A stretch of DNA of 62,965 nucleotides, counting the filler, from Octopus bimaculoides (Eukaryota), in the NCBI RefSeq assembly GCF_001194135.2. It is 5 parts of 5 records of this genome, joined end to end, with 100 filler letters (N's around TTAATTAATTAA, not from the genome) between each part and the next. Parts side by side here need not be neighbours in the genome. Positions count along the whole stretch, not along the records: positions 1 to 29,681 come from NC_068984.1; positions 29,782 to 35,497 come from NC_068989.1; positions 35,598 to 43,425 come from NC_068983.1; 2 more parts are not named here. One strand, 5' to 3'. The notes beneath the pieces were generated by a model, which searched no databases, was not told the DNA's origin, and saw only the letters and a list, made by a program, of their open reading frames with translations. The translations under genes were made by a program, and so were the position numbers. Below, piece after piece: positions 24,511 through 37,601 of this stretch. How positions within the stretch are numbered: position 1 is the stretch's first letter; every line of letters begins with the position of its first letter.

Positions 24511-25012
24511 GGCGCCCGTCTTCATCTTCCTCGCTGTTTTTTCCCGCGCAATTACCACTGAGCATGCGCAGTGGATGCGCACGCCAAACCGACAGTTCTC
24601 TATTGCATTCGCCTGCTCGAATCTCCCATGCGGCCGGACTTCAACAGCCATGCACACAGCGTTATCATCAATACCGCTGGCACCGCCTCAGCCTTTGTAC
24701 CTAACTACAGCGCTAACGCTACCACCACCACGATTTCAACGCTAATTTCAACTCGTTCCTGCGCCATTTTATGTACAGTAACCGGTTTTGTGGCCTTATA
24801 CAGCAAATCCTAGTCACTCTGAGCACCACACAGTTGGACGGCACTTTAAACACCTTCCTAATCCGAAATCTAACATTTTTTTTTACCAACCATGCATTTC
24901 TTAACAACATTCATTGGAACAGTTATTCAACGAACTGAACATTCTGCATGTATTCGTGTTCCTTCATGTTTTTTCGGCCTCATCATGAGCTTTTCTGTTC
25001 CAATTTCTTCTC

Positions 25013-25274
25013 TAGGGTTAGGGATAGGGTTTTAGAGTTAGGGTTAGGGTTCGGATTTTAGAGTTAGGGTTAGGGTTAGGGTTTTAGGCTCAGGGTTAGG
25101 GTTTTAGGGTTTTAGAGTTAGGGTTAGGGTTAGGGTTTTAAGATTAGGGTTAGTGTTTTAGAGTTAGGGTTATGGTTAGGGTTGGGGTCTTCGGGTTAAG
25201 GTTTTAGGGTTACGATTACGGTTAGGGTTGGGGTTTTATGGTTAGGATTGGGACTTTAGGGTTAGAGCTAGGGG
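25013..25274 (+). repeat. Degenerate interstitial (TTAGGG)n array
   Basis: About 40 TTAGGG-like units with variants such as TTAGAG and TTTTAGGG. Confidence 0.92.
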
Positions 25275-26471
25275 AAAACGCGAAAAGTGAAGAAATTGGA
25301 GGGGAGGGGGGAAAATGTTTTTCTGAAAATAGTAGCTGAAAAACAGAAAAAAAAAACTAAAAGCAGTAGAAATGCACGAACGATTGTGGTGGTGCCATTA
25401 AGTAAACATGCTTCAGATACAATCGTTTATTCATACAAACGTAACTGAGATGAAATATGTCATAAATAACAGTGACAAACGAAATATACACCGCCGGAAG
25501 TTGTTGACAAACAACAGCAGTAATTATTTTCACCTCAAGAGACGTCAGTGATTGGTTGAAATTACCGAAATATGACAACTTTAACACGAAATAACTTCGA
25601 AAATATACAATTTTCTCGAAAACGCCAAGAGTAAACGATGTTTAATGTGACACATTCTACCAGTATACGAATTTTGAAAGTGTTTAGTTACAAAAAAATT
25701 ATTTTTTTAAATGTGCCGGCCAAAGGGAAAAGATCCCAATAATGAGTACAGAAGGAAACAAGATAAATTCAAACCACACACGCATGCGCGCGCACACTTA
25801 TACACAAATACGAACGCACACGCACACACAAATACGCACACATACATACATACATACATACATACATACATACATACATACATACGAACGTCATCATATA
25901 TAAATATATGTGTGTGTGTGTGTGTGTGTGTTCGAACAATATACAATACCTTAAAACAATACATATAGTTCAATAGAAATACTTCAGTATAAGTATCTTA
26001 ATATTCAAACAACAACGCATTATCTATAAGAAAGTGTTTNNNNNNNNNNNNNNNNNNNNNNNNNNNNNNNNNNNNNNNNNNNNNNNNNNNNNNNNNNNNN
26101 NNNNNNNNNNNNNNNNNNNNNNNNNNNNNNNNNNNNNNNNNNNNNNNNNNNNNNNNNNNNNNNNNNNNNNNNNNNNNNNNNNNNNNNNNNNNNNNNNNNN
26201 NNNNNNNNNNNNNNNNNNNNNNNNNNNNNNNNNNNNNNNNNNNNNNNNNNNNNNNNNNNNNNNNNNNNNNNNNNNNNNNNNNNNNNNNNNNNNNNNNNNN
26301 NNNNNNNNNNNNNNNNNNNNNNNNNNNNNNNNNNNNNNNNNNNNNNNNNNNNNNNNNNNNNNNNNNNNNNNNNNNNNNNNNNNNNNNNNNNNNNNNNNNN
26401 NNNNNNNNNNNNNNNNNNNNNNNNNNNNNNNNNNNNNNNNNNNNNNNNNNNNNNNNNNNNNNNNNNNNNNN

Positions 26472-26521
<50 letters not shown>

Positions 26522-26785
26522 AAATTCTAGATTGGCCCAAAATAGAAATGACTTATCCAAAGTGCTACGTGGTGGCATCGAACCCGTTATACAGCGAACT
26601 CCTTAACTACAAAGCCACAATACTTTACTGGTGACCATTATGTATTCCGGAAGGCCTAAATTCTGACATAAAAGAAACAACAACAAAACAGTGAGACAGT
26701 TTCTTATAGATAATGCATTGTTGTTTGGATATTGAGATATTTATACTGAAGTATTTCTATTTAACTAAATGTGTTGCATGTATGT

Positions 26786-27035
26786 GGAGGCGCGTGGATT
26801 AGTGGTTAGGGTGTCAGCATTATGATCGTAAGATTGTGGTTTCGATTCCTGGACCGGGCGACGCGTTGTGTTCTTGAGCAAAACTCTTCATTTCACGTTG
26901 CTCCAGTCCACTCAGCTAGCAAAAATGAGTAACGCTGCAATGGACTGGCGTCCCGTCTGGCTGGGGAACACATACGCCATTGAAACCGGGAAACCGGGCC
27001 CATGAGCCTGGCTAGGCTTTAAAAGGGCGCATTTA
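26786..27035 (+). mobile_element. tRNA-derived SINE family C
   Basis: ggaggcgcgtggattagtggttaggg..ggtttcgattcctggacc..ttgagcaaaac..gatggactggcgtcccgtc; a second copy lies at about 59610-59870. Confidence 0.85.
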
Positions 27036-27429
27036 TTTTTTTATTATTGTATGTATAGTAATCTTAAAGTATAGTGTAGGAAATTATCTAGAATTTAATT
27101 TACCAAGAACTAATTTTTCGGATTTGTATTTTGTAAAAATTGAAGACTACGATTTTGCAAAAAATAAACAAATAAAAATAAATGTTTGTTTTCATTTCAT
27201 TTTATACCCCTCTCTAATAATTCTATGAAAGTGATTGCACGAGCATTGGAATGTCTGTACATGTGTCAGGTATACAAACTCATTTATACATATGATGGAT
27301 TCTCTTGTCATGACAATTGAGAGTTCAGTAAAATAAAGCGTTAATCATGTTCTATAGACACGAATGTATCTCTTGAGGCAGATGGAACATGTCGAGGACT
27401 CAGTTTGCTTGAGTGCTTGTGAATCATTC

Positions 27430-28722
27430 ACTATGTGTTTTTTGAGTGGACGGCAAAGCCTGCTTTGCTTCGTGCTACAAAACCACAATGATAGGTAAGG
27501 TTTCCACTAAGAGGAGCAGCGTTTTGCCAGCGTAACTTCACGCTTGCATGAAGCTGGTACCGATGTTGGAATCGACTTTGCTCAAATCTTTGAACTGAGG
27601 AAAAGCAGGACTGGCGCCAGGACTTGCCTTGTGATGCTTTGTTTTCCCAGGAAGAAAAGGGAATGTTGCATCACTTCAGATTGTCTTTCAGTTTGTCTTT
27701 GAAGCGCAGGTGTGGTCTTCTAATTGACCTTCTTATTGGGAATTGGCCAAAAAGAAGTTGCTTCAGAATTCTGATGTCACTCATACGTAAGAGATGACCT
27801 GACCATCGAAGCTGTAATTTGATGAGGATGGCTTCAATATCTGATATGTTGCATCTTGTTAGTACCTCACTGTTAGGAATATGGCCACTCAGTTTTATGT
27901 CGGAGATAGTACGCAAGCATCGCATATGAAAAGCGTCAAGCAAGTTGATATGCTTTCGGTTCAGAGTCCAAGATTCAGCACCATCAAGCAATGTTGTCAA
28001 GTCCACCGATTTATATACATCGACTTTCACCTTCAACGATACGTCGTGGCTGTTCCAAAGCTTGTGATAAAGCTTACTGAAAGCGGAGCTAGCCTTCCCG
28101 ATTCTGCACTCAATTTCTTTATCCATCTTAGCACCATTGGGCACAATGGAACCAAGACCAGTGAAGGAGAGAATATTCAAAATGGGCAACAGCAGGAAGA
28201 TGGTCATAAATGGGCTGATAGACAAGCTCACTTTTGTTGATGCTGATGGTCAGACCAAAAGCCTTCGATGTAGGCGAGAAGTTGTTTAGAATCCATTGCA
28301 TGTCCTCAAGAGTGTGTACTACAAGTGCACAATAGTCTGCGAAGAGCAAATCTCGAACTGTTTGCACCAACATCTTAGTTTTTGCTTTGAAGTGCTGTTG
28401 GTTGAACAAGCCACCACCAGTTTTGTACTCAAACTTTACTCCTTTAACACCCTAGCACAGTTTCCAACATGACGGAGAAATACAAAGTAAATAAGAGCGG
28501 TGCAAGAACACAGCCTTGTTTTGTCCCATCTGAGACTGTGAATGAATCGCACGCTTCCCCGCTAGATCCGACAGAAGCCATCATCCCTTGATGGAAAGAA
28601 ATTATGACGTTGAGCATCTTTCTGGAGACACCTAGCTTTCTAAGGACAACCCAAAGAGTATCCCTAGATACGGTGTCGAAAGCTTTAGTTACACCTACAA
28701 ATGTGACAAAAAGGCTTCGGTT
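27430..28722 (-). mobile_element. 5'-truncated RTE (BovB-like) LINE
   Basis: TKAFDTVSR..GTKQGCVLAPLLF..DLLFADYCAL..KAFGLTIS..RIGKASSAF..LRWSGH..RFKDKLK; several stops and frameshifts. Confidence 0.9.
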
Positions 28723-28742
28723 TATATTTTCACACATACACA

Positions 28743-29297
28743 CGTAAACGCACCAATCCGTATATGTATATACTAAACCACCCTCGCTTGAAACACATAT
28801 ATACTCACCCATATACTCGCTAAAAACTATACATATATGTACATATACATATATATACCCGCATACACACACCCTACACACTCGCACTCAACAACCTCGC
28901 ACCCATACACACGCACGCAAAAAAATTCTTGGGCTAAAGTAAAATACAGAAGAAAGTGTGAGAAAGCTATAAGGTTAAAACGCGTCTAATATACGCATAT
29001 TTTCACATGCACGCACATACATCTATATACGCACGTGCGTTTTAACCTTATAGCTTTCTCACACTTTCTTCTGTATTTTACTTTAGCCCTATAATTTGTT
29101 TGCGTGCGTGTGTATGGGTGGAGGTTGTTGAGTGCGTGTGTGTAGGGGTGTGTATGCGGGTATACCCGTTTATGCGGGTATATATATACATGTATATGTA
29201 CATATATGTATAGTTTTTGGCGAGTATATGGGTGAGCATGTGTGTGTTTCAAGCGAGGGTGGTTTAGTATATACATATACGGATTGGTACGCTTACG
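28743..29297. repeat. Long inverted repeat (foldback)
   Basis: Arms 28743-28983 and 29037-29297 with a 53-bp spacer; the inner 53 bp pair perfectly. Confidence 0.92.
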
Positions 29298-29725
29298 CGA
29301 ACACTATAGACTTTTTTACCCCCTCCTCTTACTTAGGGGTCTATAGCTCTTTTGTCTTAATAACGGTCAACCACACAGTAATTTCCCTTTGTTTAACGGT
29401 CATTTTTCACAGGAATTTTCAATGGCCGGATAACTGAAGAGATGTTGGCGTGGGTTCCCACCATGGCATCCGAAACTCGGAGTTTTATCATGGCTACCGA
29501 ATAAGTGTCATATATTTTTACAGACAAATTCTTCTATTTACATAATATCGAAGTCTCTTTCTTTCTTTTGTTGTCCTTTCTATCAATATATATATATATA
29601 TATATATCAGTAGACCTAAAACAGAAAACACTAGATGGGGTGGTAACAATAGCGATGGTGGTGGTGGTGGTGGTGGTGGTANNNNNNNNNNNNNNNNNNN
29701 NNNNNNNNNNNNNNNNNNNNNNNNN

Positions 29726-29737
29726 TTAATTAATTAA
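29726..29737. other. Assembly linker TTAATTAATTAA inside a 100-bp gap
   Basis: 44 N + 12-mer + 44 N; a palindrome with stops in all six frames. The same 12-mer sits in N-runs at 35542, 43470 and 59147. Confidence 0.95.
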
Positions 29738-30224
29738 NNNNNNNNNNNNNNNNNNNNNNNNNNNNNNNNNNNNNNNNNNNNATTCTAATTTCTTGCCTGG
29801 TGTAAACACACACACAGACATACATATACACTCAGTTACACACATATACACACACGCATACATACACACACACACACACACATCACACACACACACACAC
29901 ATTCATGAATGCTAGTCGGTTATATTAATAACAGAGCAATGCCTCAAGGAGTTACGCGTGAAAGGAAGCTCCATTGGAAAAGAGTCATAGAGATAACAAA
30001 CACGAAGAAAATAACGAAATATATTAGTGCTAAAAGTCACCGAGTTTTCGCAGGTACGCGGCATTGAATTACAGAGATGGTTGTGTGGTATATTGGAAGC
30101 ACACGCAATGAAACAACGCAATTAGTGCCCGGATATAAAGCACTCGGTGACGATGAGCTCGAATATGAATACACAAGTGGAAGTGCAAATAATAAAGACA
30201 GCAATTATACTGACAACCGTAGTA

Positions 30225-30236
30225 ACAACAGCAACG

Positions 30237-30269
<33 letters not shown>

Positions 30270-30316
30270 GCAACAGCAACTGCAATAACAGCGACTACGA
30301 CGACGATGACGACAAC

Positions 30317-30355
<39 letters not shown>

Positions 30356-30437
30356 CCTTTCTGGTAAATTTGCTGGGAAGGAACTAGTCGATTACTTCGA
30401 CTCCATTGTTTCGCTGGTACTTAATTTATCGTCCTCC

Positions 30438-30474
<37 letters not shown>

Positions 30475-30493
30475 AATAATAATAATAATAATG

Positions 30494-30557
<64 letters not shown>

Positions 30558-30604
30558 TAATGATAATAATCATAATAATCATAATAATAATAATAATAAT
30601 AATC

Positions 30605-30677
<73 letters not shown>

Positions 30678-30684
30678 TAATAAT
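30225..30684. repeat. (CAA)/(GAC)/(AAT)n microsatellite block with an embedded SINE D fragment (30356-30440)
   Basis: Direct reading. Confidence 0.9.
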
Positions 30685-31973
30685 NNNNNNNNNNNNNNNN
30701 NNNNNNNNNNNNNNNNNNNNNNNNNNNNNNNNNNNNNNNNNNNNNNNNNNNNNNNNNNNNNNNNNNNNNNNNNNNNNNNNNNNNNNNNNNNNNNNNNNNN
30801 NNNNNNNNNNNNNNNNNNNNNNNNNNNNNNNNNNNNNNNNNNNNNNNNNNNNNNNNNNNNNNNNNNNNNNNNNNNNNNNNNNNNNNNNNNNNNNNNNNNN
30901 NNNNNNNNNNNNNNNNNNNNNNNNNNNNNNNNNNNNNNNNNNNNNNNNNNNNNNNNNNNNNNNNNNNNNNNNNNNNNNNNNNNNNNNNNNNNNNNNNNNN
31001 NNNNNNNNNNNNNNNNNNNNNNNNNNNNNNNNNNNNNNNNNNNNNNNNNNNNNNNNNNNNNNNNNNNNNNNNNNNNNNNNNNNNNNNNNNNNNNNNNNNN
31101 NNNNNNNNNNNNNNNNNNNNNNNNNNNNNNNNNNNNNNNNNNNNNNNNNNNNNNNNNNNNNNNNNNNNNNNNNNNNNNNNNNNNNNNNNNNNNNNNNNNN
31201 NNNNNNNNNNNNNNNNNNNNNNNNNNNNNNNNNNNNNNNNNNNNNNNNNNNNNNNNNNNNNNNNNNNNNNNNNNNNNNNNNNNNNNNNNNNNNNNNNNNN
31301 NNNNNNNNNNNNNNNNNNNNNNNNNNNNNNNNNNNNNNNNNNNNNNNNNNNNNNNNNNNNNNNNNNNNNNNNNNNNNNNNNNNNNNNNNNNNNNNNNNNN
31401 NNNNNNNNNNNNNNNNNNNNNGAAAGAGAGGCATAACAACAATATGACGACGAAGACGACGACGATGACGATGATGATGATGATGACGATGATAGTGATG
31501 ATGATGATGATGATAATGCGCGTGCCAACTCATTTTTATGGCAGTTGTACGTAATTTTGTGTTAACACCTGTAACAATTTACATACACGCACACACTGGC
31601 ACATACACACATGCATACATACACTCGCAGGCATACACAAGCGCACACACATACACACACAACACACAACACACAACACACAACACACAACACACAAACA
31701 CATATACATACACGTACATGGAAACACAAACGCTTATACATACGCATGCTTGCGCCTCTGTTATATCTGTGCATGTTATATGTGCATGTCTACATAACTG
31801 CACTCGTGCACATATGCATTTATATATGTCAATGTGTGTGTATATATGTGTATCTGTTCGCCTGTGTATTTAGTATGTATTTGTTTGTTTATTTTCTACA
31901 CGTTTTTTTTTTTAATTTATATATAGGTATATCATATTTTCCGTTTGTTGTCTTCTTTCTTATTTAATCCTGA

Positions 31974-32020
<47 letters not shown>

Positions 32021-33099
32021 TGTACGTATATGTGTATATATATGTATATNNNNNNNNNNNNNNNNNNNNNNNNNNNNNNNNNNNNNNNNNNNNNNNNNNN
32101 NNNNNNNNNNNNNNNNNNNNNNNNNNNNNNNNNNNNNNNNNNNNNNNNNNNNNNNNNNNNNNNNNNNNNNNNNNNNNNNNNNNNNNNNNNNNNNNNNNNN
32201 NNNNNNNNNNNNNNNNNNNNNNNNNNNNNNNNNNNNNNNNNNNNNNNNNNNNNNNNNNNNNNNNNNNNNNNNNNNNNNNNNNNNNNNNNNNNNNNNNNNN
32301 NNNNNNNNNNNNNNNNNNNNNNNNNNNNNNNNNNNNNNNNNNNNNNNNNNNNNNNNNNNNNNNNNNNNNNNNNNNNNNNNNNNNNNNNNNNNNNNNNNNN
32401 NNNNNNNNNNNNNNNNNNNNNNNNNNNNNNNNNNNNNNNNNNNNNNNNNNNNNNNNNNNNNNNNNNNNNNNNNNNNNNNNNNNNNNNNNNNNNNNNNNNN
32501 NNNNNNNNNNNNNNNNNNNNNNNNNNNNNNNNNNNNNNNNNNNNNNNNNNNNNNNNNNNNNNNNNNNNNNNNNNNNNNNNNNNNNNNNNTATACACACAC
32601 ACACATATATATACACATATACGTACACACACACACACACACACACAAAACACACACACACACATATATATATACACATATACGTACACACACACACACA
32701 CACACACAAAACACACACACACACATATATATAAATATATATTTCAAAGCTTGTATGCCAATCAGTGCAAAATATTAGCAAAATTGCAATACCTCTAAGG
32801 TATGTGTGTAATAAAATTGTATTGAAGAATATTCGGAGAAATAACGCACAAACTAGAAGAAATTAGTAATGTATATTCATGATGAAGTTCTCTGAGTTTT
32901 CACAGCTGCACAACGTTGTGTTACGTATAAATGTGATGCATTATATGCATGTACAATGGGAAAAAAAGATGTTGTTATTGCATAGATATGAAGCACTTGG
33001 TGACACACTGATAAACGATTACATGAATGTAACTGCAAATAGTGCGAATAATGGACGGTTCGTGATAGCGAGGATAGTAACGACTACAAGAGGAGCGAA

Positions 33100-33308
33100 G
33101 AACAGGAGCGGCGACAACGACGACGACGAGGGCGATGAAGATGATCATATTGATGATGAAGATGATGATGGTGGTGGTGATGGTGGTCGTGGTGGTGATG
33201 ATGATGATGAGGAGGAGGAGGATGAGTATGAGGATGATGACGATGATGACGATGATGATGATGATGACGATGATGGTGGTGGTGATGGTGGTGGTGGTGG
33301 TGGTGATA

Positions 33309-33359
<51 letters not shown>

Positions 33360-33735
33360 GTGATGACGATAATGATGATGATAATGATGATGATGATGAT
33401 GATGACGACGATGATGATGATGATGACGATGATAAAAGTAATGATGATAGTGGTGATATGGTGATGATGATGATGGTGGTAGTGTGGTGGTTATGATGAG
33501 GATGATGATAATGATGATGATGGTGGTGGTAATGGTGGTGGTGGTGGTGGTGATGGTGGTGGTGGTGGTGGTAGTGGTGGTGATGATGATGATGGCGGTG
33601 GTGATGGTGGCGGTGGTGATGTTGGTGGTGGTGATGGTGGTGGTGATGTTGATGATGATTATCAGAATGATACTAAAAATGATGACTATGATGATGGTGG
33701 CGGTGGTGATGGTGGTGGTGATGATGATGGTGTCA
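33100..33735. repeat. (GAT/GGT)n compound microsatellite
   Basis: Direct reading; produces spurious D/G- and M/V-rich ORFs. Confidence 0.92.
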
Positions 33736-33789
33736 GAGGCGTCATTGCAATGACAGTTTACAATTCGTGAGGGGTGTTTGCATACAATC

Positions 33790-35117
33790 GAATGAGGGAG
33801 AGAAATGGTGAGATGAGTGAGTCGTTAGACGAAACGTTTGCAGAGTACAAAATGTATGTGAATTTGTTTCTGTCCTCTACTACCGCCAGACTGTTGTCCC
33901 TTGCCATACTTCGTGGCCAATCAAGTTGGAGCGCTTACTCTTCTGCTTTCTGCGCAAGGAACGGATTTCGCTCGTCAGGTGGTTCATCTGCTGTTAGCAG
34001 TCGTTGAGTTGAGGACTCGGCATGCTGGGGCTAACGACGCGCAGACATGCGTTGAGGCTGCGACATTTCCAGCGTTTTATTATCCAGTGACCAGGTCAGG
34101 CCGCCGTTTGTCAAACAAGGTTTTCCTCAGCTCGTTTAATTCATGGAACTGAAATCCTGGTTCAGGCGTAGACAAAGACAGGGCGCTTAGCAATTAGTGT
34201 GTGAGCAAGCGCTCACAATCCTCTGGCAGTTGGGCCATGTGGTCTGTAGAAGTTTGTTCTATAAGAGATTAGTGGTGGGCAACAGCGACGACGTCCTCGA
34301 GGAATCTCTGGACATCGAGGGACACCGTTGGCTGGTCTTTTCCGGAGAACTTTCGAACTGGGGCCTTTTCATAATTTCCAAAAATTCTTGGTCTGGAAAT
34401 ACTACTGGGGTGAAGTCTGTTGGTTCGAGATAAACTCTACGAGCACGGAAGTGCTATTAGACAAACCTGTTCGAGATGCACGCAGAGCGACGAAACAGTT
34501 CTGCATGAACTCGTCCAGTCTCCGGACATGTGAAATTTTGTTGAACAGCCGTTGTTGCATGTAGGGTGGGTCCGGTAGACAGCCGAGTCCATCGTGAGGA
34601 TCGGCTAACTGCCTTCTTTTGACCGCGAAGGGCATTAAGTTTTCCTCTGGTGGCTCTGGCAAGAGAGGTGGTGTGGGGAACGAGCTTGAAAGGACTGAAG
34701 ACAAATATCTCTCCGAGTAAGCACTCATAGATTTTCTGAAGTTCTACTTGAAAAGGTAAGTGAAGGTAGAGAGAGAAGTGATACCTCTACCAGTCCTTGT
34801 TGAAAGGTTGGTGAATGTAGTGTGAGTGACCCGTATGAATGGGCCTAGTCTGAGTATGAGCCTGTCGGCCAGAAGGCCTGAGAAAGTGAAGGGGAGAGGG
34901 GTACCTGCCTTATGTGCCCTTGCTGTTCTGGGTGTCTAGGATATGTGGGGCTCCTTGGTTGCCTCTAGTTGGAAATCCCTCCTTTTGGGGAATATTTATT
35001 GTTTAATATTTCATTGTTTTCGTTTTAGGGTTTACAAGTGTTGCATGCAAATCCTCAATCCTTTGTTCTGTATCGTCCTTTTTGCTTTGTGTGCGGCCCT
35101 TGTGGCCAATAAAAGAA
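33790..35117 (+). mobile_element. Decayed 3' part of an L1/Tx1-clade LINE
   Basis: Frameshifted LYYRQTVVPC..LERLLF..GLGM..RRHALRLRH..NFQKFLVW..VRDKLYEHG..CSRCTQSDETVLH (zf-RVT). Ends gcccttgtggccAATAAAAGAA, like 10565. Confidence 0.85.
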
Positions 35118-35387
35118 TTATTATCATTGTTGATTTTTGTTGTTTTTAGTGTTGTTGTTCTTGTTCTGGCTCTCATTATTGTTCTTGATGTTGTTATTGC
35201 TTGTTGTTGTTGTTGTTGCTGCTGCTGCTGCTGTTGTTGTTGTTATTGGTATTATTATTATAATTACATATTTGGTTTTTACTTTGTATTTGTACAAGTT
35301 GATTGCAAGTCTCGCTCAGAAGCTTCAAGGGACAAGTTAGAAATTCTTCTTCTTCTTCTTCTTCTTCTTCTTCTTCTTCTTCTTCTT

Positions 35388-35497
<110 letters not shown>

Positions 35498-35597
35498 NNN
35501 NNNNNNNNNNNNNNNNNNNNNNNNNNNNNNNNNNNNNNNNNTTAATTAATTAANNNNNNNNNNNNNNNNNNNNNNNNNNNNNNNNNNNNNNNNNNNN

Positions 35598-35637
<40 letters not shown>

Positions 35638-35648
35638 ATGTGTCTGTG

Positions 35649-35686
<38 letters not shown>

Positions 35687-36190
35687 TATATATAAACAAA
35701 TGCGTTTGTGATTATACATTGCTACTTTATCCATGCACATTTATATACGAGTATCTTAATGTGACTGCATATTTTTTCATGCGTGTTCATCAGTATATAA
35801 TACTATACTTGTGTATTAAACTGTCTTCCTTTCTTGCCAATGTGTCTACTTTCAGATTGTTAATATAAAATTTCCATGTATTTGATCCTTGATCTTTTTT
35901 CCAATTGTACATTAATTAGTCTTGTGTGAAGGTCACACTACCATTATTATTGACAGATTTATTGATTTAAGTACAATATAATTATATTCAGTACTTTTCT
36001 ATGAAATATGCTTGCTTCTGTGTAATGGTTTACCCTATAGAATCGAAAGTATAACATCGAAATAATACGAAAGATCAGTACAGGTTTTTCATTCTGAGAG
36101 AAATATTGTGAATTCACACACATGCTCACACATACACATACGCATGCACACACGTACACACGTACACACACACAAACACACACACACACA

Positions 36191-37336
36191 CATCCTGAAC
36201 TGGACACTAAACGAACTATCTAAAATAGACAGGAAAGCAAGAAAAATAATGACAAGATCTAGGATGCATCACCCAAAATCTGACATAGAAAGGCTATATA
36301 TATACAGCGTACAGAAGGTGGTAGGAGTCTTATACAGCTGGAAAACTATTATAAAATAACCACCATAGGACTGCAAAAAATCTATTTCAGAAGCAAGGGA
36401 AATACAAATAGCCACAAAACACGAGCAAAATAAAAAAAAAATGTTTTCAGTATTTAAGGAAGTTGACAAATACAAAGAAGAAATCATAGTACCTAATAAA
36501 TACAAAGAAGAAGAAACAACAAAAGCTATAAAACAAATGAAATCCAAACTAAAACTAGAACAGCAAATACTGGCCTAAACTAAATGCAAAAGAAATAGAC
36601 AGAGAAAAATCTCAGTAATGGTTGAAAAGCGTAAGACCCAAAGCAGAGACTGAAGGATTTGTAATTGCTGCACAAGACGAAAGCCTCCCCACCAGAAATT
36701 ACCAAAAACATATAATGAAAAGAAACATAACAAGTAACTGCAGGATATATGGTGATGGACAAGAAACAATAAATCATATTATCTCTGGCTGCCTAGTCCT
36801 GGCTAAGAAGGAATATATTCACAGACACGACAGAGCTGGGACCTATATACACTGAAAGCTATGCCAACACTATGGAATATCAAGATGGTATAAGCACACG
36901 CCAGAAAAGGTCACAGAAAACGAGAAAGGAACCATACTCTGGGATATGCCAATACACACAGATAGAGAAATTAAGGCAAATAGACCAGATATAGTTGTCA
37001 AAGATCATNNNNNNNNNNAACTTTCAAAATACAAAGACCTGGAAATAGAGATAACTCGAATGTGGAATCTAAAAACAGAAACAATTCCTATCATAGTAGG
37101 TGCCTTAGGTATAATAAAAAAATATTCAGACAAATATACAACAAAAATACCAGAACTTACAAATATATATAACATACAGAAAATTGCACTACTGGGTACT
37201 GCACACATTCTACGCAAAACACTTTCAATACAGTAAACATAAGAGCACCACAGCAAACCACAGCACATACCCAAGGCGCACAGAGCTGCGCTCGGTAGTG
37301 AAGTGAAAGCACGTTATAAAAATAAAACTACTGAAC
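36191..37336 (+). mobile_element. 5'-truncated R4/Dong-clade LINE with restriction-like endonuclease
   Basis: ETEGFVIAAQD..CRIYG..ETINHIISGC..YIHRHD..ILWDMPIHTDREIKANRPDIVV..KYKDL..PIIVGALG..QKIALLGTAHILRK. The 3' UTR ends in (AAT)n. Confidence 0.9.
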
Positions 37337-37388
37337 AATAATAATAATAATGATGATGATGAGGATGATGAGGATGATAATAAATAAG

Positions 37389-37513
37389 CAGCTCCAGAAA
37401 ACAGTGTTAGGGACAGCTAGGGATAGTTAGGTGGTTTCTTGACATTTAAGTTGACTTGCTGTAACCCGTTGTTAGGAATTTTTCTTTCCCAATAGTCTAA
37501 CGTTTTTGTGTGT
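37389..37513 (+). mobile_element. Second, different R4/Dong-like 3' end
   Basis: QLQKTVLGTAR/IVRWFLDI* followed by a short UTR and (TAA)n. Confidence 0.6.
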
Positions 37514-37530
37514 ATAATAATAATAATAAT

Positions 37531-37601
<71 letters not shown>

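Noticed and set aside
29726-29737. TTAATTAATTAA recurring four times (also 35542, 43470, 59147)
   Set aside because: Always embedded in N-runs; at 29726 the block is 44 N + 12 + 44 N. It is a six-frame-stop scaffolding linker, not biology.
30392-32798. Long ORFs spanning N-runs (also at 8.1-9.5, 39.8-40.5, 41.3-42.5 and 55.4-55.9 kb)
   Set aside because: Open only because N codons are not stops; the flanks are dinucleotide or trinucleotide repeats.
32879-33753. D/G-rich 205-aa ORF and overlapping M/V-rich ORFs
   Set aside because: All three frames simply read a GAT/GGT microsatellite; no splice or domain support.
34402-34728. 108-aa minus-strand ORF that looks protein-like
   Set aside because: Antisense shadow of the plus-strand L1/Tx1 zf-RVT region.
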